Assembly (NCBI GenBank): GCA_038207085.1
Contig: JBBRAE010000011.1
Location: 20,369 to 84,368, forward strand
DNA from: Armatimonadota bacterium
GTDB lineage: Bacteria > Armatimonadota > UBA5829 > DTLH01
Length of the DNA: 64,000 bases
Reading direction: 5' to 3'
Shown here: in pieces, positions 56,966-64,000 of the stretch
How the letters are laid out: each line of letters begins with the position of its first letter
Position numbering within the stretch: position 1 is the first letter of the stretch
Position numbers and translations under genes: made by a program
The notes under the pieces: model-generated
Database searches by the model: none
Told to the model about the DNA's origin: nothing
Seen by the model: only the letters and a program-made list of their open reading frames with translations

Positions 56966-59902
56966 ATGAAGATGACGAAACTTTTCAAATCCAGGGGGAA
57001 GCTCGCAGGCGAGCGCGGACAATCCCTGGTTATTGCCCTTATGGTAATGTTCCTGCTCGTGTTCATCGGCGTGGTTTTTGTGCTGGTGGTCGCGAAGAAC
57101 CAGGGCAGGACGGCCCGAAGCAAGGACGTGCTGGAAGCGCAGTACCTTGCCGAGGCTGGGATCAACTACGCCGACACTATGCTGCGAACCAGTGAGGACG
57201 GCGCAGACTGGCGACCGACACCTTCAAACCGTCAGGGTTTCAGGTGGGATGGAAACGCGTGGATTGTCTCTTCGTGGAACGGCACCGCGTGGGTTGACGA
57301 TACATCTGACCTCATCGCATATGCCTCCGGGCACCCTGATTTTCGATGGATCAAACCCTATTCGTCCACACCCGTGCTCGGCTCGACTATTCCAGGCCTA
57401 CCGGCGAGCCTCGCCAACGTTGAAGTGAAGGGTCCTGATGGCGGCTACACAAGCTTCGATATGGGCAAAGGCCGCTACCTGCTTCGCGTGAGCTACAACC
57501 CGGAGACGGGCGACCCGACATCGAAGTATCTCAAGATCGAGTCAATCGGCCGCATCGGTGTTATCGACAGAGATGACCCCACCACGTGGATATCGCAGAA
57601 GCTGCGCCGCGAGCTTACCGCTTACAAGCCGATAGGTATCACCGACTACCTGCGTTTTGTGGGAAACCGCGAGCACAGGCGAAGCGAAATCGCGCTCGGC
57701 TCGCCGGACGTCCCGATTACCTACGGTTACTACAACACTACGTCAAGCGACTATCGCACCGCGCCTATCCGAGTGAACGGCAATCTCACCTGGTATGGCA
57801 AAAGTGTCGATCTCTACCTCAGCCGCAAGGATGCCGGGAGTTACTCGACTCCTGAGTCGCTTGTTGAGGTCTCTGGCGACATTACCTGCAAAGCCGACAC
57901 TGTCAACGTGAACGAGATCCTAAACGGGCTGGAAACAGGCACAACAACCGTTGCCACGAGCAGCGACAACTCATTCCTAACCACCGCAAACGGCCTCTAT
58001 CGTGACGGCGCGAGCGGGCTGGACGCTGGCGGTAACGCAAGGCAGATCAAGCGTATCGAGCCTCCGGTCATCGACTCATCAGACACGCCGACCAAGGTCC
58101 CGCGCTACGTCACTCTTACCAAGGACTCCGGCAAGTGGGTGACTGTTACCGACACTTCCTCCCGCAACGTGAGTTCGGGTCGTTACGGCTGGGGCGCTGG
58201 GGTATATATCGACAACCGCGATGACCTTCAGCCAGAAAGTGAGACGCTTTTCGGCGGCTACACCCCGCGCGCGGACTGGATGCATCCCAACAACCGCATG
58301 AAGCCGTTCTGGCAGGGACCGTACTACGTTCCCCCCGCTGTTGTGATCACGCTGAACCCTTACGATACCGATGGCGACGACAAAGCCGATATGACCATCA
58401 CTTATACTGATATCAAGGGCCGCTCAAGCAACTCGCAGTATGGCCGAAAGGTCTACTGGTACGACGCAGGCGGCAGGCCGATCAAGGGCTTTGATCCGAT
58501 CCCCGACAGCGCCGGGAACCCGCGCCTTTACGCTGACGGGCGTCAGATCGGTTCGACGATCACGATTCCTTACCCCGTAGGGACACGCGAGTTTTACTAT
58601 TGGAAGAACGACACCAACGACAACGGTTCTGTAGACAAAGACGAACTTGAGAAGGTGTCGATCAACGGAAACGGCGTCGTCTACGCTGAGGGGAACATCC
58701 GAATAAGGGGCATGCTTCCCGGCGGCGATGGTCTTTCAGGCAGCACGAGCACCTATGCGCCGGTTCAGCTCACCGTTGTCTCCGGCGGAATTATATACAT
58801 CGACGGCAACCTGCTGAAGTTCCGCTACGTTGACTCCACCGGCGCGACCCAAGTGGACGAGCGCTGCGCGATCTCGCTTCTTGCCAAGGAGTATATCTGC
58901 GTCAACACTACACAGTTTGTCTCGCTCTTGACCTCGACGGGGCCGGGAATGATCGGCTCTGACTCCGGCACCGGCGACCCGCCGTACCACCTGATCGTTT
59001 CACCCGAGCCTACGAGCGTGTTTGCATCGATGTTCTCATTCGGCCCGTCGACTGGTTTGAACACTCCAACGCCGATGCTATTCTCTCGGCAGGCCGGGCA
59101 GTATGGCGCGTCTTACATCAACATGTGGCTGAACCAGATGCTTGTGGGCATAGCGCCGTCCGGCGCGCTCGGAAACGATTATGTCTACGGGACCGGCGAC
59201 CCGAGGTTCTGTGCTGAGGGCACGGGACTTGCCCCGGTGTTTGAGCACAAGGTGTGGGACATCGACCTTTTGGACGGTCTGAATCGTGCTACGAACGCGA
59301 CTGTTGGCGCAGGCAATCTTCTTTATAAGGCCCCAGGTATTCCGAACTACTTCGAGGTCGCGCTCGATCAGTCGTCGATGACTCGGAGCAACTATCTGCT
59401 CTCGCTCTTCACCATCCAGCCGATGGATATTCGTATCGAGGCGGCCATGTTCGCGCAGAACCGGTCGTTCTACATCATCCCCGGCAACTGGTTTAACCAG
59501 GACCCGAACGACGTTGTCGACCCAAAGAAAAGCAGAAGCACCACGACGCGTCCGCGCGGAGTTGACCAGAAATGGCCGTTCTTTGGTGAGGCGCTCGATA
59601 TCAGAATTACGATCGACGGCGCGATCACCGAGAACCTGCCCGCGCCGATACGTGACGTGAGTGAATGGTACTCCAAGTGGAGCAAAATACCTAGCACCTA
59701 TGGCAGTTCCTCACTGGATACTGCTCACTACGATGCAACTAGGAGGTACGGCGAAGGCCTGACGTTCCTTTACGACCCGAAGCTCGGTTGGCCCGTCTAC
59801 AACAACACAGCTATCAGAACCGACGACTATGGCAGACCGCTCCCGGTGACGCCGTGTCTGCCGGTGTGTGAGTCGCTGATCTACTACGGAGAGCCCACGT
59901 AG
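56966..59902 (+). CDS. Very large PilX-like minor pilin
   Basis: ERG|QSLVIALMVMFLL (no Glu5, as in PilX/GspK); AQYLAEAGI; DTDGDD and DTNDNG Ca-type loops; 978 aa. Confidence 0.7.
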   Translation: MKMTKLFKSRGKLAGERGQSLVIALMVMFLLVFIGVVFVLVVAKNQGRTARSKDVLEAQYLAEAGINYADTMLRTSEDGADWRPTPSNRQGFRWDGNAWIVSSWNGTAWVDDTSDLIAYASGHPDFRWIKPYSSTPVLGSTIPGLPASLANVEVKGPDGGYTSFDMGKGRYLLRVSYNPETGDPTSKYLKIESIGRIGVIDRDDPTTWISQKLRRELTAYKPIGITDYLRFVGNREHRRSEIALGSPDVPITYGYYNTTSSDYRTAPIRVNGNLTWYGKSVDLYLSRKDAGSYSTPESLVEVSGDITCKADTVNVNEILNGLETGTTTVATSSDNSFLTTANGLYRDGASGLDAGGNARQIKRIEPPVIDSSDTPTKVPRYVTLTKDSGKWVTVTDTSSRNVSSGRYGWGAGVYIDNRDDLQPESETLFGGYTPRADWMHPNNRMKPFWQGPYYVPPAVVITLNPYDTDGDDKADMTITYTDIKGRSSNSQYGRKVYWYDAGGRPIKGFDPIPDSAGNPRLYADGRQIGSTITIPYPVGTREFYYWKNDTNDNGSVDKDELEKVSINGNGVVYAEGNIRIRGMLPGGDGLSGSTSTYAPVQLTVVSGGIIYIDGNLLKFRYVDSTGATQVDERCAISLLAKEYICVNTTQFVSLLTSTGPGMIGSDSGTGDPPYHLIVSPEPTSVFASMFSFGPSTGLNTPTPMLFSRQAGQYGASYINMWLNQMLVGIAPSGALGNDYVYGTGDPRFCAEGTGLAPVFEHKVWDIDLLDGLNRATNATVGAGNLLYKAPGIPNYFEVALDQSSMTRSNYLLSLFTIQPMDIRIEAAMFAQNRSFYIIPGNWFNQDPNDVVDPKKSRSTTTRPRGVDQKWPFFGEALDIRITIDGAITENLPAPIRDVSEWYSKWSKIPSTYGSSSLDTAHYDATRRYGEGLTFLYDPKLGWPVYNNTAIRTDDYGRPLPVTPCLPVCESLIYYGEPT

Positions 59903-59924
59903 ACCGGCCCTCAGGGGGAAGAAT

Positions 59925-62900
59925 ATGCGTAACAGATTAACCATAACAGTCCTTGCCGCAGTGATTGCTACCACAGTGCTTGCCGAGGCTACGATCGCGG
60001 CCGGGCGCAACTACGTCGACCGACGACGCTCGATCCGCGTCGGCGTCCTCGTGGCTCAGGAGCATAAGACCTCCAGTTGGGTGACTGTGGAGCCTTCCGC
60101 TGGCTACATATTCTACATAATGAACGAGCGGCTGGACATCAAGCCCGCCGGTTGGTCGTTTGTGAACCCGCTCGTGGGCGGCAAAGACAGCCAGCGGAAC
60201 TTCAAGGCCTACTGGGAGGTTCCGCTGAAGCAGACGACGCTTGAGAACCTCGCGAAGTTCGACGTGCTCTATCTCAGCACCAAGGTGGCTGTTGACTTCC
60301 AGATGGACGAGCGCGACAAGCTGCGCAGGTTCGTCGACGGCGGCGGGTGTCTCTGGGTCGACAACGGATACAAAGACATTACCACCCATATGGGCTTTAC
60401 AACGGGGTCGCTTGTAGCTTACGCGTTCTTCCTACCCGGCGTGAACTTCCTGGGCCCAGACACGGGCTCCCCGTATGTTGCTGCGAGCCTGCATCCGCTT
60501 CTGACCAATCCCTTCTGGCTTGCGCCGGGCGAGATAAACAATCTTGATTTTGTGCCGACTCCGGGCAATCGTTTTTACGTGGAGCCTGGTTTCATGCCAG
60601 GCGGTTCCAACCTTCCGAGTCCCAACACGCTTGCTTCTGTCGTCGCGATTGCTGAGGACAAACCCACAATCGCCGTCACCGAGTATGGCAGTGGCCGGGT
60701 GGTGGTGACTTCAGGGTTCATCGGCGCGAAGATTCAGTATCCTATAGTATCTTCGAACCCGGTTTATATGGACAGGGGTTTGAACCTGCTCCTTGCGAGC
60801 CCGGGGAACCTCAAGTTCGCCTACAACGTGATCGCGTGGGCGAGTTCGTCCACGACCCTTCGCGGCAACTACCGTAGAGACGGTAACTCGATCGAAAATA
60901 TCGGCGCGCCGCTTGTAAACAAGTGGAGTATGCCGTATACCGCAGGTAGCGCCGACACGGAGCAAAGCCCGGTTGTCTGGAAGAACGTTGTTTTCGTTGC
61001 CGCTGGCAACACGCTCTACGCCCTTGACGCCGTCCCCGAGGAAGACCTCGATATGGACGGCAACCCTGATGATGGTACGCCGGATTACTCCTCCAATCCG
61101 ACTGTGGACCTGCTCTGGAAGTGGACTGCTCCCTCGGTGATCTCCAGCCCGACGGTCGCGAACATGATCGACCCCGGTGGTTCAGGACCGGCAGCGCTTC
61201 ACTCCAAAGACTTCGTGCTAGTCACCTGCGCCGACGACAAGCTTGTTTACGTTCTTGAGGCGCTTCCGAGTGTCAATGGGCTGGTGTCGGGAAGTCCCGT
61301 TGATCGGTCTTCTGATATGTGGGCTTTCAAGAGCGGTGATGAGCCGGCTGCTGCGATGTCCGCTGGATATCTCGCTCCGCCCATCGTGCAGAACGGCTGG
61401 ATCTACGCGACTGCGGCCGAGGGGTGGCTGTATGCCTACTGCCCTGTGCTCAATAGAGTTGGCGGCGACCCCGACCCGTACTGGCGAGTCAGAATATCGT
61501 CTCCATCAGGGAATATCAAGACGGCGCCAGTGCTTGCGTTTGCCAAGAATAGATCGAGCGGCGCAGTGGTTCAGTCCGTGTCGTTCATCGGCAGGCCGAA
61601 CGGTGCCAATGTAGGCGATCACATCTACTCGGTTCCGGTGTTCGTGTCAAGTGACAAGCTGACACCGCTTAACCCTCCCGATCTTGTCAACCCTCCTTCG
61701 TCCGGTGGCATAAAGTTCAGAACGAGCTATTCGAGTTACTATATATCAGAGTACCCCGCGCCGCAGATTTGGGCGCTCGATTCGGAGGGAGATCCTGTAA
61801 CTGTAACCAACAGCACCCCTGACCCCACCGATTATAACAGTCCGGGCACGGTCACCGTCAAGATCCCCTCCGGTGATATTAACCCCAATATTCGGGTATT
61901 TATGAGCTATGGGATAGACTACAGCCAGGGCGTCACCCATATGGCGGAATCCTACCCAATTCCTCCGCAGCCCAACGGCGTTGCAGGCACGGAGATGACA
62001 GCCGATGTAACCGGCACTCCGGCGATCGGCTCCAATGACGCATTCTACTTCGGCGAGACGCTTGAGACTGCACCTGCGGGGAGTGGCAAGTCTTCGCTCT
62101 ACTGCGTAGGCTTTGAAGGGATGAACCGGGGCTCTCGACTGAAATGGTCCTACTTCCTCCACGGCGGCGGGGTCATCCCACAGGCGACTTACAAGGCCAT
62201 GACCGGAGCCACCAGTAGAGGCGACTTAGATGTGGTCGACTCGGAGCACAAATGGGGAGTCTATGCATATCCAACCGGCTCAGATACTCCAGTTCACGTG
62301 CAGAACCTCGAGGTCGTCGGCACCCCGGCTGTTACCACCGACAAGGTGTTTGTTACGGCATACACAAGCGACCCCGGAAACCCGTCCCTTCCAAGGGCAT
62401 ATCTGCTCTGCTTTAAGGCCGATCAGACGTTTACCATCCGGGCCAATATGTCGTTCAAGGACAAATCGACCAAGGACAACAAGACCGTCACCATCTGGCA
62501 GCCGGACCTCATGTTTGACGATAATAGCAGTTCGGATGCGAAAGACGTGTCTATGCTTGCGAGGCAGGTCGGCGGCGATATGGTCGACTATGATAGCGGC
62601 ACAATCACCATAAACGACTTCTCTAGGGTTCGTCTTCGCACGTATTTGAACGGCAACCCAAACGTAATTCTCGATGCCGGAGTTATGACCCCGTCGCTTC
62701 CTGTGTGGGTTTTCCTTGATGGCACGCCGATTCCGACTGAGCAGATGGACTTCTCAAGCTGGAACAACCTGCTATGGGCACTGCCGATCGATCACAACAA
62801 TGGCGCGAATCTATGCACTGGTATTCACTCATCTCCGGTCGTGATTGGTGACTATGTATACCTGACCTGCGACGATGGCAACCTCATCGCGGTAGACGCC

Positions 62901-64000
62901 TCCGCCGAGCCGATGGACACCGACTACAGGATCCTCCTGAAGCCGCTGCCCGCTACGGGCGGCATCGGTTACAACGATGTGCTCACCAAGAGAACTGCCC
63001 GTGTTCCGATGGATACCAAGATGGACGCAAGCGCGACCGGTGGCATCAAGAGCTCGGTCTCTGCGGCGGGTGGTTCGCTTGCAGCCCTGGCAGGAAACGC
63101 GCTTTACGTGATGAATAACCCGCTCACGCTCGTTACAGACAACCGCAGGGTGATGGAGGTCGGGGGTGACGGTAAGATTGTTTGGTCGTGTGACTCGGTC
63201 TACGAACAGAAAGCCGTCGACGCCGCAACTGGCGGCACGTCGGTCACCACTCCGGTCGCAGTCGATCTGCAGCCGCTCAACAAGCCGATGGTCGCCCAGA
63301 AGTTCGGCGGGTCCGATTATCTGGTAGTCGACTCCGGCAACGACAGGGTGATCAGAATCGACCGCGGCGGTCAGGTTATGTGGTCGCTGAAGACCTTCTC
63401 CGACCCGAAGAACCTGCTGCGCTCCGGCGAGCCGAAGTCGCTGAAATCCCCAGCCGACGCCCGCGCCTGGAGCGAGATCGAGAATGATGGCGGTAACAGG
63501 TTCTACGTGCTCCACTGCCTGGTGGTCGACACCGGCAACTTTAGGATACTCGATATAGTCGACCGCTACGTTCTGAACTCCAACGGTCAGGTGCAAGGCC
63601 CGGAGCTTGATTCAGCCGACAAGCCCATTGGTCACCAGCTGCGATGGACAACGAACACTACCTACAAAGACAAGAGGTTCGCCTTCAACTCCATTCAGCG
63701 CGTGCCGAAATACACTGCAGGCGCGCTGACCGGCGAAGAGATATGGGCGTCAATATCCAACTACGGTCTTGGGACCAACGGAACTCCCAACGACACGCAA
63801 TCTGTTGGTGGGGGGAACTTGGGCGGCGCGATTGTCGCAATGGATTATAGAACTTCTACATCAAGCGATGGGGCATGGAGTTACAGCAATGGCAGCGCGG
63901 TCCTCAGTCAGTTGACTACGCTCTATAGCGGTGGCGTAAAGATACGGCTGTCGGGGCCGCGATACTTCTCAGTGCTCGGTAATACTGGAGAGTTGCTGAT
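59925..64000 (+). CDS. Large secreted beta-propeller protein, PilY1-like position (3'-truncated; missing from ORF track)
   Basis: ATG 59925 (MRNRLTITVLAAVIATTVLAEA signal). I translated the first ~1.2 kb and the last 100 bp in the same frame without a stop; the ORF track reports no stop-terminated ORF in this frame. That gives >=1358 codons. Motifs: LRRFVDGGGCLWVD, PQQ-like SPVV..NVVFV/LYALD/HSSPVVIGDYVY, DLDMDGNPDDG. Confidence 0.8.
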   Translation, partial: MRNRLTITVLAAVIATTVLAEATIAAGRNYVDRRRSIRVGVLVAQEHKTSSWVTVEPSAGYIFYIMNERLDIKPAGWSFVNPLVGGKDSQRNFKAYWEVPLKQTTLENLAKFDVLYLSTKVAVDFQMDERDKLRRFVDGGGCLWVDNGYKDITTHMGFTTGSLVAYAFFLPGVNFLGPDTGSPYVAASLHPLLTNPFWLAPGEINNLDFVPTPGNRFYVEPGFMPGGSNLPSPNTLASVVAIAEDKPTIAVTEYGSGRVVVTSGFIGAKIQYPIVSSNPVYMDRGLNLLLASPGNLKFAYNVIAWASSSTTLRGNYRRDGNSIENIGAPLVNKWSMPYTAGSADTEQSPVVWKNVVFVAAGNTLYALDAVPEEDLDMDGNPDDGTPDYSSNPTVDLLWKWTAPSVISSPTVANMIDPGGSGPAALHSKDFVLVTCADDKLVYVLEALPSVNGLVSGSPVDRSSDMWAFKSGDEPAAAMSAGYLAPPIVQNGWIYATAAEGWLYAYCPVLNRVGGDPDPYWRVRISSPSGNIKTAPVLAFAKNRSSGAVVQSVSFIGRPNGANVGDHIYSVPVFVSSDKLTPLNPPDLVNPPSSGGIKFRTSYSSYYISEYPAPQIWALDSEGDPVTVTNSTPDPTDYNSPGTVTVKIPSGDINPNIRVFMSYGIDYSQGVTHMAESYPIPPQPNGVAGTEMTADVTGTPAIGSNDAFYFGETLETAPAGSGKSSLYCVGFEGMNRGSRLKWSYFLHGGGVIPQATYKAMTGATSRGDLDVVDSEHKWGVYAYPTGSDTPVHVQNLEVVGTPAVTTDKVFVTAYTSDPGNPSLPRAYLLCFKADQTFTIRANMSFKDKSTKDNKTVTIWQPDLMFDDNSSSDAKDVSMLARQVGGDMVDYDSGTITINDFSRVRLRTYLNGNPNVILDAGVMTPSLPVWVFLDGTPIPTEQMDFSSWNNLLWALPIDHNNGANLCTGIHSSPVVIGDYVYLTCDDGNLIAVDASAEPMDTDYRILLKPLPATGGIGYNDVLTKRTARVPMDTKMDASATGGIKSSVSAAGGSLAALAGNALYVMNNPLTLVTDNRRVMEVGGDGKIVWSCDSVYEQKAVDAATGGTSVTTPVAVDLQPLNKPMVAQKFGGSDYLVVDSGNDRVIRIDRGGQVMWSLKTFSDPKNLLRSGEPKSLKSPADARAWSEIENDGGNRFYVLHCLVVDTGNFRILDIVDRYVLNSNGQVQGPELDSADKPIGHQLRWTTNTTYKDKRFAFNSIQRVPKYTAGALTGEEIWASISNYGLGTNGTPNDTQSVGGGNLGGAIVAMDYRTSTSSDGAWSYSNGSAVLSQLTTLYSGGVKIRLSGPRYFSVLGNTGELL

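Noticed and set aside
59937..63850. Short ORFs listed in the track across 59.9-64 kb
   Set aside because: All overlap the long open frame starting at 59925, which has coherent protein motifs.

Overview
A bacterial chromosomal window of moderately high GC. The lineage is probably Armatimonadota-like; this is inferred from the pilin cluster and gene order and is not verified. From left to right it contains: the 3' part of serC; an unannotated 40-aa Lys-rich ORF; a DehI-family gene; groEL-groES with a perfect CIRCE; rhaA; an RND efflux operon (MFP-AcrB-MarR-TolC); and pyk and eno. Next comes a 20.7-kb, 12-gene minus-strand operon made almost entirely of GT-C membrane glycosyltransferases: seven tandem TMTC-like GT-C+TPR paralogs, one DPM1-like GT2 and four ArnT/PMT-like GT-Cs. 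After that are a PfkB kinase, a DUF433/DUF5615 toxin-antitoxin pair, alaS-ruvX-mltG-yqeG-aroE, and a type IVa pilus cluster (pilB, pilT, pilC, pilD). The pilus cluster has unusually large pilin-like proteins and a >1350-aa PilY1-like gene that runs off the window and is absent from the ORF track. A 73-bp double-hairpin element flanked by co-varying 4-bp NTAG direct repeats occurs five times (MITE/REPIN-like). The best candidates for an undescribed system are the TMTC-like protein-glycosylation operon, possibly acting on the giant pilus proteins, and the NTAG-targeting miniature element. All product calls come from motif recognition; no searches were run.
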